A stretch of 64,000 nucleotides of DNA, taken from assembly GCA_937874465.1 (NCBI GenBank), contig CALNAX010000044.1, positions 2,212 through 66,211 on the forward strand, written 5' to 3'. The position numbers and the translations under genes were made by a program. The notes beneath the pieces were generated by a model that saw nothing but the letters and a program-made list of their open reading frames with translations, was not told where the DNA came from and ran no database searches. The stretch is from an uncultured Bacillales bacterium (GTDB taxonomy: Bacteria > Bacillota_I > Bacilli_A > RFN20 > CAG-288). Below, piece by piece: positions 46,590 through 55,452 of this stretch (position 1 is the stretch's first letter; each line of letters starts with the position of its first letter).

Positions 46590-48734
46590 TCATTTCTCGT
46601 CACGGGAATAGCAGACCGTCACCGAGTAGCCGTTAAGGATCACCGTCTGGGAATAGAAGTCGTAGTCCTGAGGCAAGAGGCCGGTCTCCCGGAACACCAC
46701 CTTGACGTAGTTCTTGAAGGTATAGGTCACACTGTCCTTGCCGGGATTTATGAACACGTAATGGAAACCATCCCCCCTAGCGCCATACCTGATCAACAGG
46801 CAGCCCTTCTCGATGTTCTCGAAGGAGAGGGTCGACTGGACCTCGTCCTTTGTCTGGAACCAAAGGTCAGGATTGGCCTTCCTGAAGGCGATGGCCTGAG
46901 CCATGAACCTGTAATAGTCCCACCGCTTAACGGCAAGGCCATAGTCGAGGCCATTGAGGTCATCGCCGGCATCGAAGGTGTTGTCGTTCATGTTCTTGGT
47001 GGCGCCGATCTCCTGCCCGGCATGGATGAAGGGTATTCCCGCCCCGAAGACCACTATGGCATTGATCATCTTCAGACGTTCGAGGATGGACGTCTCGCTC
47101 TCGCCCCCAAGGCTGGCCTTGAGCTTGTCGTAGAGGGTGTTGTTGTCATGGCATTCGACATAATCGATGGACTGCAAGGGATTCTGGAACAAGGGATTGT
47201 GGTTGATGCGGATCGAACAGGCCGCATAGGCGTACTTGAAGTCGTCGATCTTGCCAAGGTCGCCGGTCAAATACCCTTTCTCGCCCAGTCGTTCCCGTTG
47301 GCTTGGGCCTTTGGTGAAGTCCCTGAACCGATCGTTGAAGAAGCCGACGAAGGGCAGGGCGAAGGCATTGTTGAGCGAGGACTTGTCCTCCGAGGGCAAG
47401 GCGGTCGGCATATCCCAGCCCTCGCCATAGAAGAGCAGGTCCTTCTTCCTGGCGACAAGGGCCTGGTAGGCATCGGCCAAGGTCTTCCTGTCGATTATGG
47501 CCATCAGGTCGAAGCGGAACCCATCGACGCCGAAGAAGTCAAGGTAATGGAGCAAGGCATCCTTGATCAGCTTTGCGGCCATGAAATGGCGACTCTCGAA
47601 ATCATTGCCGCAAAAGCTGCCGTTGGAAGGAGTCCCATCGTCGTTGAGGCGGAAGTAATACCCCGGGCAGAGCACCTCGAGGGGATTGGTCAAGGCGTCG
47701 AAGACATGGTTGAAGACCACATCCATGACGATCCTTAGCCCATTCTCGTGGAACACGTGTACCAAATGGCGCAGCTCGGTTATCCGCTTGTAGGCATCGT
47801 CGGGATCGCTGGAATAGGAACCCTCCGGTGCGAAGTAGAGCAAGGGGTCATAGCCCCAGTTGTAGCTTCCCCGCGGATTGCTGTCGTCCACGGTCTGGAA
47901 GTCCATGAGTGGAAGAAGCTGGACATGGGTTACCCCCAAGCCCTTTATGTAGTCCAGGCCGGCGGGAATCTTGTCGGGGCCAAAGGTCAACCCGGTCCTG
48001 GCCAGGGCATTGAAAGTCCCCCTGTCTGGCAGGTCCAGTTTCGAGGTGAGGTCCCTGACATCGGCCTCATAGATCACAGCCTGGCTGGGGCTTCCAAAAG
48101 GCGAAAGGCCCTTGCTCCCATCCTCCTCTTCCAGCGCCTTGGCGGGATCTATCACGAACCCCAGTCGCGAATTGGCATTGGCCGAATAGGCATAGGGATC
48201 GACCGCCTCCACCCACCGACCGTTCACCTTGCCGAAATAAAGATACTGATAGGAATCAAGATCGCCATCGACAATGGCCTGATATACGCCACTGTCAAGC
48301 CTTTCCATCTTTATGAAAGTGAACTGGCTTTCCCCCGGCTTCCTTATCTTTACGTAGAACTCGGTGGCCAGAGGGGAAAAGAGACGGAACACGGTCTTGT
48401 CCTTTTGGTAGATGGCGCCCATCGGACCGTCGAAGCGATATTTCCGGTCGAATTCCGAAGTGCCGGCCAAGGCGGTCAGGTCAACGGGGACGAACTCGTT
48501 CTTGCAATCGGCGATCTGGTAGAAATTACCGGGCTTGATCTGATACGAGACAGGGAGGGTGAAGACTACCTTCCCGCCATTGTCCTTTACCGAGAGCGGA
48601 TTGAGGTCCTTAACCTTGACCCCGTTCTCGTACAGCCTGAAGGTATGATCCTTGTCGCTCCAATGGCCCTTGGTGGCCACCACTTCCATTACGTCCCAGC
48701 CCTTGAGGGCCGCTGCCAAATCTGACTCCGCCAT
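46590..48734 (-). CDS. pulA: Type I pullulanase (GH13), no signal peptide
   Basis: 'YNWGYDP', 'DVVFNH', 'DGFRFDLM', 'YGEGW' and 'YVECHDN'. Confidence 0.93.
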   Translation of the reverse strand: MAESDLAAALKGWDVMEVVATKGHWSDKDHTFRLYENGVKVKDLNPLSVKDNGGKVVFTLPVSYQIKPGNFYQIADCKNEFVPVDLTALAGTSEFDRKYRFDGPMGAIYQKDKTVFRLFSPLATEFYVKIRKPGESQFTFIKMERLDSGVYQAIVDGDLDSYQYLYFGKVNGRWVEAVDPYAYSANANSRLGFVIDPAKALEEEDGSKGLSPFGSPSQAVIYEADVRDLTSKLDLPDRGTFNALARTGLTFGPDKIPAGLDYIKGLGVTHVQLLPLMDFQTVDDSNPRGSYNWGYDPLLYFAPEGSYSSDPDDAYKRITELRHLVHVFHENGLRIVMDVVFNHVFDALTNPLEVLCPGYYFRLNDDGTPSNGSFCGNDFESRHFMAAKLIKDALLHYLDFFGVDGFRFDLMAIIDRKTLADAYQALVARKKDLLFYGEGWDMPTALPSEDKSSLNNAFALPFVGFFNDRFRDFTKGPSQRERLGEKGYLTGDLGKIDDFKYAYAACSIRINHNPLFQNPLQSIDYVECHDNNTLYDKLKASLGGESETSILERLKMINAIVVFGAGIPFIHAGQEIGATKNMNDNTFDAGDDLNGLDYGLAVKRWDYYRFMAQAIAFRKANPDLWFQTKDEVQSTLSFENIEKGCLLIRYGARGDGFHYVFINPGKDSVTYTFKNYVKVVFRETGLLPQDYDFYSQTVILNGYSVTVCYSRDEK

Positions 48735-48752
48735 TGAATTTCTCCTTTGTCC

Positions 48753-49070
48753 TCAGTCGTCCAATACCACCAAGGCGGTGGCGACGAAATCGTGGGTGAT
48801 GGTGACTTGGCCGGTCCTCTTCCCTTCGACGAACAAGGCGGGTTTGCCCGTATCGTCGTTTAAGACCTCGACCAAGCTATATTTTATCCCCAAACGGCCC
48901 GAAGCCTTGACGTACGCTTCCTTGGCCGCAAACCGTCCGGCCAGAAAGGAGTCCCTGTCCCCCGACTTAAGATAGGAGCCATATTCCCTTGAGGAGAGGA
49001 CCCTCTTTGGAAAGGAAGGCGATAGGGATCTGATCCTCGAGATCAAGACGTTGTCTATCCCGAACCTCAT
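48753..49070 (-). CDS. acpS: Holo-ACP synthase
   Basis: 'GID.V', 'FLAGRFAAKEA..KA', 'GKP' and 'ITH'; start ATG 49070. Confidence 0.92.
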   Translation of the reverse strand: MRFGIDNVLISRIRSLSPSFPKRVLSSREYGSYLKSGDRDSFLAGRFAAKEAYVKASGRLGIKYSLVEVLNDDTGKPALFVEGKRTGQVTITHDFVATALVVLDD

Positions 49071-50362
49071 CGCTTCCCCTCCTTGCCAGTGAGCAAGACA
49101 TAGGAACGGGGCCAACCAGAAAGATCCTTGAGGAACTTCTCGGCATCATGCCTGTTGACCGACAAGACACTCTCAGCCAAGGCCGGCCAGGCGAAATGGT
49201 TTTGGAAGGAGTCGACCAAAGAGTCGATAAGGGGGAAGGGCGCACCCGCCACGGCCAGGGCGTCGCCAAAGTAGTCGCTCTTCAAGGATCTCAGCTCGCC
49301 AAAGAAAGGATCGAGGGCGTTTTGGGGCTTGGCGAGGTGCTCTTCCAGTCGCTCCTTGAGCTTGGCTGGGGAGTTGGTCTCGTAGAGTATGTCGAGGAAG
49401 GCGTCTTCGCCACCCTCTTCAAGCGAGGAGCCGGCCTCGAATATGGCCAAGCCATCCTTCTTCATGCGATCGATCGGGGCAAGGATCGGCGAGAAAACCA
49501 ACTCCGGGAGCAACTCATAGATCGTGAATATGCTATCGCCATACTTGTCGAACAGCTCCTTGCGGGTCGGAAACTTTATGCCGACCCCCAGGTAAGTCTG
49601 CCCATCCGGGGAGGGGGCCTTGACGAAGCCCTGGCGCACACTGGCATGGTCTTCCTTGCTGCTATCGACCCTGTAGGTCTCAAGCATGGTGAAATCATTG
49701 ACCGGCTTTTGCCCGTCCAATTCCTTCACCACCTCCTCGGGATCGAATCCCCCCGTCCCGAAAAGCACCATGTCCTTGAGGCCGTAGAAAGCCAAGAAGA
49801 ACTTCTTGAGGGTGGACATGTGGATCTGCTTGATGGTCTCGGGCGTGCCGATTATCAAGTCCTTGAGGGGCGAGACGGAATACAGGGCCTGGCTGACCTC
49901 TTTCTGGAAGAGATAGGCCGGATTGTCCAGCAAGCCTTCCAGTTCGCCTATCACGATGTCCTTTTCCCTTTCCACCCGCTCCTCCGACATGTAGAAATGG
50001 GTAACCATGTCCCAAAGGGTATTTAGCGGGGCCTTCCAATCGTCGACGGTGGAGAAATAATAGAAAGTAGAGGAACGGTCGGTGAACGCATTGGAGGAGG
50101 CACCTTGGGCCAAGAGCAGCTGGGCGCCATCGCCCTGGGCCATCTGGAACATCCGGTGTTCGAGTAGGTGGGCACTGCCCGCCGGTATGCGGGTGTTGCC
50201 GATCCTCTCCACATCGTCGAGGCCGCCCTTGCCCACCATTACCCCAAAGACCTTGGTCTTGAGCCCGGCGATAGGAGCCAAGACGTACTTTATCCCGCTT
50301 TTGGCCACCCCTTCGTAAAGGGTGACTCCGACTTTGCGGAACGAAACCTTGTCAATGGCCAT
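49067..50362 (-). CDS. M16-family zinc peptidase (YmfH-like)
   Basis: 'PAGSAHLLEHRMF' (HxxEH), 'NAFT' and 'VEREKDIV..E'. Confidence 0.9.
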   Translation of the reverse strand: MAIDKVSFRKVGVTLYEGVAKSGIKYVLAPIAGLKTKVFGVMVGKGGLDDVERIGNTRIPAGSAHLLEHRMFQMAQGDGAQLLLAQGASSNAFTDRSSTFYYFSTVDDWKAPLNTLWDMVTHFYMSEERVEREKDIVIGELEGLLDNPAYLFQKEVSQALYSVSPLKDLIIGTPETIKQIHMSTLKKFFLAFYGLKDMVLFGTGGFDPEEVVKELDGQKPVNDFTMLETYRVDSSKEDHASVRQGFVKAPSPDGQTYLGVGIKFPTRKELFDKYGDSIFTIYELLPELVFSPILAPIDRMKKDGLAIFEAGSSLEEGGEDAFLDILYETNSPAKLKERLEEHLAKPQNALDPFFGELRSLKSDYFGDALAVAGAPFPLIDSLVDSFQNHFAWPALAESVLSVNRHDAEKFLKDLSGWPRSYVLLTGKEGKR

Positions 50363-50363
50363 G

Positions 50364-51605
50364 TCAATCGCCTCCTTTGAAAGAACCGACCAGGGAATAG
50401 CTGCCGATCTTCCTCAAGGTCTTGGCCAATCCCCTGATATCCGAGATATTTACGCCTTCGACCGCCTTGATCCGCCCTTCAAGGCCGTAGGGCCTTTGGG
50501 TCATCAAGGCCTGCATGTCGGCTTTGGCCAGGGAGCGATTGCTGTCATAGGCGGAAAGGTAATGGCGTATCCTGTCCTTCTTGGCCGAATCGAGCCTCGC
50601 CACGGTAAGCGTATCGCCGATGGTGGCCATCAACGAGTCGGTCGCCTTCAAGGCCCGATCCTTCTTGAGGCTATCGGTCAGGAAAGAGACAACCAAGGCA
50701 TTGCCGTTCCCGAGCAATTCCGCCTGGGGAGCATAGGTGAAGCCGCCTTTCTCCCTAAGCCCCTGGAACAAAGGGGAATCCTCATCCTGAAGCATATCGG
50801 AGAAGATGTTCGATATTGCCCGGTCCTTTTCCGAAGACAGCGGATAGCCTTTGAGGCTATAGGCCACCCCGACCACGGTAGTGGCACTCTCGCTGTCGAA
50901 GGAATAGTCCTTCACGACTCCTTGGTAGGGCTTGTCGAGCACGAGGCTAACCGGTCCCTTGGCCTGGCCCCAAAGCTTATGGACCGACCTGGCGGTCTTG
51001 TCCAACCCCGCACCCGTGGCAAACGATGGCGCGTCCCTGACCGCTTCCCACGCCTTCCTTACCTGGTCTGCGGAAAGATTTTTTACTATCTCGTCATCCA
51101 ATTGGTAATGGAGGACCTTGGCCAAGCCGGGGAAGAAGCAATCGGCCAGTCCCAGGGAGGCGATGAAGCCCGGCGTTCCCCTGGCATCGGCATTGGCCCT
51201 AATCACCTTGCCCTTAGCCAAGGTGAGGGAAACCGGGTCGAGCTTGGGGCCTTTGGCCAACAGCCTCCTGGCGAGGTTGAAGGTCTTCCGTTCCAAGCCC
51301 AAAAACCTATGGGCGAACCGATCCCTTACGAAGGAAACCTCCATGGTGAAGACGTTGTTGCCAAACATCGGGTAGGCCGCGAAGGTGACCGTGGAATCGA
51401 AAAGGTCCATGGTCTTCCTAAGGTAGGCCCGGCTGTCGACAAACAGGGCCGGGCTGTCGTTAAGCAAAACCGCCAGGACATTCAAGGGCGCCAAGGCCAG
51501 CTTTTCCTCCGGGAAGACCCAGGACACCAAAAGGCTGCCGGTATGGTCGAAAGAGCCTCTTTCCAAAACCGTCCCATCCTTAACGACAATGTCACTTTGC
51601 GCCAT
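50364..51605 (-). CDS. M16 peptidase non-catalytic partner (YmfF-like)
   Basis: 'SPLFQGLREKGGFTY' motif, no HxxEH, tandem with the M16 catalytic gene. Confidence 0.7.
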   Translation of the reverse strand: MAQSDIVVKDGTVLERGSFDHTGSLLVSWVFPEEKLALAPLNVLAVLLNDSPALFVDSRAYLRKTMDLFDSTVTFAAYPMFGNNVFTMEVSFVRDRFAHRFLGLERKTFNLARRLLAKGPKLDPVSLTLAKGKVIRANADARGTPGFIASLGLADCFFPGLAKVLHYQLDDEIVKNLSADQVRKAWEAVRDAPSFATGAGLDKTARSVHKLWGQAKGPVSLVLDKPYQGVVKDYSFDSESATTVVGVAYSLKGYPLSSEKDRAISNIFSDMLQDEDSPLFQGLREKGGFTYAPQAELLGNGNALVVSFLTDSLKKDRALKATDSLMATIGDTLTVARLDSAKKDRIRHYLSAYDSNRSLAKADMQALMTQRPYGLEGRIKAVEGVNISDIRGLAKTLRKIGSYSLVGSFKGGD

Positions 51606-51634
51606 CGATAAATGCCTCCAAAGAGCGAAGAATG

Positions 51635-54298
51635 CTAATCGTTCCCGGAACCGGAATCACCGGTACCGCTCTCCTGTTCCCCAATCACGATCCTTTGGCC
51701 GTTGCCGACCGTCTTTACCAATCCCTCGTCTTCCATGACGTCGAGATAGGATACGGCCTTGGCATAGGCAATGCCAAAGCGATGCATTATGTAATGAACC
51801 GCGGCCCTCCCAGTCTCGAGCACTTCCTGTTTCACCTGGGCGTATAGGGGATCCTTCATGATCTCCTCGTCCCGGGCTTTGGGGGAGATTATCTCCCCGC
51901 CGTCTTCCCGGTTGCCGTCCTCGTCTTCCAGATCCATGAAGTCGGGATTGAAGTTCGGCTTGGCATTGGCCTTGAGATACTTTACCACGGCATTGATCTC
52001 CTCATCGGAAACAAAGGCGGACTTGGCCCGGATCAAGGACTTGTGACCCGGGATCTTGGCCAACAAATCGCCTTTGCCAAGGAGGCTTTCGGCTCCCACG
52101 TCATCCAGGACGACCCGGGAGTCAGTCTGGCCATAGACGGAGAAGGCGATGCGGGCCGGGATGTTGTTCTTTATATCACCGGTTATGACATCGACGGAAG
52201 GACGCTGGGTGGCCACGACCAAATGGATGCCACAAGCCCGCGCCTTGGCCGTTAGGCGGGCCACGTAGTCCTCGGCTTCCTTGTTGGTCGCCATCAAGTC
52301 AGCGAATTCATCGATGATGACGATGATGGTCGGAAGGCTCTCGAAGCGATCGGGATGACTCTGGGCCCATTTGCGATACTCACCGATATTGGTCATACCC
52401 GCCTGCTGGAGCAAGGTGTAGCGCCTCTCCATCTCGTCGACCATCTTCCTAAGGGCCTCCACGGCCAACTTGGAGTCGGTCACGATCGGGCAATAGAGAT
52501 GGGGCATGTCGGCATACTTGGAGAACTCGACTCGCTTGGGATCGATGAGGAGGAACTTGAGTTCGTCAGGATAGGTCCTCATGATCATGGACATTATCAG
52601 GGAGTGGACGAAGACCGACTTGCCCGAGCCAGTGGACCCGGCGACAAGAAGGTGGGGCATGTTGGCCAAGGTAAGGGTGATGACGTTCCCGGCGATGTCC
52701 TTGCCCAGGGGGATCAAGGTGGGGTTCTTGCATTCCCGGTCCTCGACCATCAACTCCTTGTAGCAATCCTTGAAGGGAACTATCAAGGCCGTCGGATTGC
52801 CGACGTCTATTCCCGAATAGTCGGCCCCCTCGACCACGGGTATGAAGCGCACATAGGGATTGCCGCTCAACCTGACCTTGAGGTTCTGGAGAAAGCCATC
52901 GATCGCCGACATCTTGACTCCGGGCTCAAGCCTTACATGGAAACGGGTAACCGAGGCGCCGATGGTATAGCCATCGACATGGGCCAGGATCTTGTAGTCC
53001 TGGAAGAAGCGGCTGATCAGGATTCCTTCCTTCAAGGCCAGGTCCTCAAGTTTCTTCTGGGTCTGGGTATTGTCGTAGTCCTTGAGGAGGGTCGCCCCCG
53101 GGAGGACATAGTCGGCCGGCATCTCCTTGGGCCTCTGGCTAAGGAGGTTGGGCTCCTCTTCCTTCGAAGGCTTAAGGCCGCTTTCGGGCTGGATGACAGC
53201 CGCCTTGGGTTGGGTCGGTTCCTTGAAGGCGAAGGTCTTGCCGATCGGGCTTTGGACCTTCATGGCCTCTTCCAATCCGTTTTCGTCGATTCTCTTAATG
53301 GGTGCCTTCATGGCCGAAGATGCGTCAGCCGCCTCCTTGTTCCCTTCCTCCATGGCAGTCGCGGCGAAGGGCGCAGCCGAATCGGCAAGGTGGTCTTCGG
53401 AAGCGCCATCGTCATTCTCCTTGTCGGTTCCCTGGCCCTTTTCCTCACCCTCCTTCGGACTGGCTTGACCATCCTGACGGGTGAAGACCGTGGTCACGAA
53501 GACCGTGTTGGTAGTGGTCTTGGGCCCTTCGGGCTTAGGGAGGGGGTGGGAATTGGCCTTCTTGTCGTCCTCTTTTCTTGCCGCATCCTTCTTCTGACGC
53601 AAGGAATAGTCGGCATCAGGATCAAACTTAGGGGCGGTGACCTCAACGCTTAGCCTCTCGGCCTTTATCTTGGCGATGGCGCGCATGATGGCGATGGTGG
53701 GAATCCTCAAAAGGACCGCCACGGAGCCGATCATGAGTAAGGAGAAGACGACCTTGGTCCCGATGGTCTTTATGCCGATGTCGTTGCCCAGCACCACGAA
53801 GATGAGGCCCAGCCAGCCACCGCCCACCTGGGACAGGCGGCCCATGATCTGGATCCTGAAGGTGAACCCGCCGGTGGTGGTAGGTGCCAGTTGGGCCATC
53901 CTTTCGGCATAATAGCCACTCATCCCGGAAGTCGTCACCTCATCCACGTCGGTCAGGCCGGAGGAGAGGATGACGCCTATGGAAAGGACCAATACCGCCA
54001 CCATGCAGATGTCCAGCCAGGGTTTGCCAGCCTTGTGCTGGGGCTTATGCCAGATTCCGCGGATGATCCAAAGACCGGCGAGGATCAGCGCCGCACCCAC
54101 CAGGAAGAAGAACACGCCGATGACATACACGGATACGTACAGGAGGAACTCGCTGAAAAGATTGTGGTTGGTGAAGCAAAGGATTCCGATCAACACCAAA
54201 AGCAAGCCGAGAGAAGCTCTCGGCAATTGTTTCAGGATATCCCCACGCCGAAACGCCCCTTTTTTCATAGGACCGTTCCCGCCATCAAGGTTTGCCAT
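51635..54298 (-). CDS. ftsK: DNA translocase FtsK/SpoIIIE
   Basis: N-terminal TMs, 'MPHLLVAGSTGSGKSV', 'IDPKRVE', 'IIDEFADLM', 'ATQRPSVDVITG', 'GAESLLGKGD' and a C-terminal gamma domain. Confidence 0.96.
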   Translation of the reverse strand: MANLDGGNGPMKKGAFRRGDILKQLPRASLGLLLVLIGILCFTNHNLFSEFLLYVSVYVIGVFFFLVGAALILAGLWIIRGIWHKPQHKAGKPWLDICMVAVLVLSIGVILSSGLTDVDEVTTSGMSGYYAERMAQLAPTTTGGFTFRIQIMGRLSQVGGGWLGLIFVVLGNDIGIKTIGTKVVFSLLMIGSVAVLLRIPTIAIMRAIAKIKAERLSVEVTAPKFDPDADYSLRQKKDAARKEDDKKANSHPLPKPEGPKTTTNTVFVTTVFTRQDGQASPKEGEEKGQGTDKENDDGASEDHLADSAAPFAATAMEEGNKEAADASSAMKAPIKRIDENGLEEAMKVQSPIGKTFAFKEPTQPKAAVIQPESGLKPSKEEEPNLLSQRPKEMPADYVLPGATLLKDYDNTQTQKKLEDLALKEGILISRFFQDYKILAHVDGYTIGASVTRFHVRLEPGVKMSAIDGFLQNLKVRLSGNPYVRFIPVVEGADYSGIDVGNPTALIVPFKDCYKELMVEDRECKNPTLIPLGKDIAGNVITLTLANMPHLLVAGSTGSGKSVFVHSLIMSMIMRTYPDELKFLLIDPKRVEFSKYADMPHLYCPIVTDSKLAVEALRKMVDEMERRYTLLQQAGMTNIGEYRKWAQSHPDRFESLPTIIVIIDEFADLMATNKEAEDYVARLTAKARACGIHLVVATQRPSVDVITGDIKNNIPARIAFSVYGQTDSRVVLDDVGAESLLGKGDLLAKIPGHKSLIRAKSAFVSDEEINAVVKYLKANAKPNFNPDFMDLEDEDGNREDGGEIISPKARDEEIMKDPLYAQVKQEVLETGRAAVHYIMHRFGIAYAKAVSYLDVMEDEGLVKTVGNGQRIVIGEQESGTGDSGSGND

Positions 54299-54364
54299 CT
54301 CTATCCTCTGCGTTTCCTAGGGATTATATAACGAATGGGGGTCGTTGCCCCATAGGCAGACACG

Positions 54365-54390
54365 AAAAAAGGCTGCCGCTTGGGCAGCCT
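54365..54390 (-). terminator. Terminator of rplM-rpsI
   Basis: GGCTGCC/GGCAGCC stem followed by T6 on the minus strand. Confidence 0.8.
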
Positions 54391-54410
54391 CCTTCTTTCG
54401 ACCTAAGCGA

Positions 54411-54833
54411 TTAACGCTTGCTGAACTGTTTGTCCTTACGGGCCTTGCGAAGGCCGTACTTCTTACGCTCGACGACGCGGGCATCGACAGTGATGAGGCC
54501 AGCCGCCTTAAGGGGTTTGCGGAAATCGGGAGAGACCAAGAGCAAGGCGCGGGCAATGCCCAAACGCAAAGCTCCGGACTGTCCGGAATATCCGCCACCG
54601 GTTATGGTGGCGACGACATCGAACCTGCCAGCCGTACCAGTGGTATCGAAAGGCTTCTTGACTTCGGTCAGGATGGTATCGTGGGGGAAGTACTTGGAGG
54701 CCTCTACGCCATTGACGGTAACAACGCCCTTGCCGGTCTTGAGGAAGACGCGGGCGACCGCATTCTTCCTCCTTCCGGTTGCGTAGTAGACGGGAGCCTT
54801 GTCGGCGCCCTGCAAAACTTTGCTAGTAGCCAT
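54411..54833 (-). CDS. rpsI: 30S ribosomal protein S9
   Basis: '[11 protein letters not shown]', '[19 protein letters not shown]' and '[17 protein letters not shown]'. Confidence 0.98.
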   Translation of the reverse strand: MATSKVLQGADKAPVYYATGRRKNAVARVFLKTGKGVVTVNGVEASKYFPHDTILTEVKKPFDTTGTAGRFDVVATITGGGYSGQSGALRLGIARALLLVSPDFRKPLKAAGLITVDARVVERKKYGLRKARKDKQFSKR

Positions 54834-54841
54834 TTTCTGTT

Positions 54842-55309
54842 TTACTTCTCCTTATACTTGGCAGTCAACTCGACCTTGACCGGAGTCTGGGCGGTCTGCT
54901 CGTATTTGTCGTCGGCATATACGAACAACTTCAAGGCGATCTTGCGCCCGAGGGAAGAATGGGGAATCATGCCCTTTATGGCACGGGTGACCAACTCGAC
55001 GGGGAATTGCTCCACCATCTCCTTGGCGGTGCGGGTGCGTAGACCCATATAGGAACCACGCTTGTTATCGAAATATTTGCGGGTATGGAGCTTGTCGCCA
55101 GTCTGACGAACCTTGGCGGCATTGATGACGATCACGTAATCGCCACAATCGACGGACGGAGTGTAATCGACCTTGTTCTTGCCCATCAAGACGACGGCGA
55201 CCTCGGAAGCCAACCTGCCAAGGGGCTTATCGGTGGCATCGACGATGAACCACTTCTTGCCCTTGTTGGCGGCTGACTCCTGAGTTACCAAAGTAGTCTG
55301 CTTCTGCAT
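54842..55309 (-). CDS. rplM: 50S ribosomal protein L13
   Basis: 'WFIVDA...[31 protein letters not shown]'. Confidence 0.98.
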   Translation of the reverse strand: MQKQTTLVTQESAANKGKKWFIVDATDKPLGRLASEVAVVLMGKNKVDYTPSVDCGDYVIVINAAKVRQTGDKLHTRKYFDNKRGSYMGLRTRTAKEMVEQFPVELVTRAIKGMIPHSSLGRKIALKLFVYADDKYEQTAQTPVKVELTAKYKEK

Positions 55310-55344
55310 TTTGCTTTTCAGTCCTTTTCAGTGAATCAGTTTCT

Positions 55345-55395
55345 TGGCTCTGGCGGCTTCAATTTACCGGGTTGAAAAGCCAGACATAAGCCGAG
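55345..55395 (-). promoter_or_regulatory. L13 leader hairpin
   Basis: TCTGGC...TTCAA-CCCGGTAAA-TTGAA...GCCAGA hairpin, with the CCCGG loop typical of Bacillota L13 leaders. Confidence 0.6.
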
Positions 55396-55400
55396 TTGAA

Positions 55401-55429
55401 ATTATAAGTTTCATGGCTTGACAAGTCAA
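55401..55429 (-). promoter_or_regulatory. SigA promoter of rplM-rpsI
   Basis: TTGACT-N17-TATAAT. Confidence 0.85.
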
Positions 55430-55452
55430 TTGCGAATCGCAAAATAGCCGGC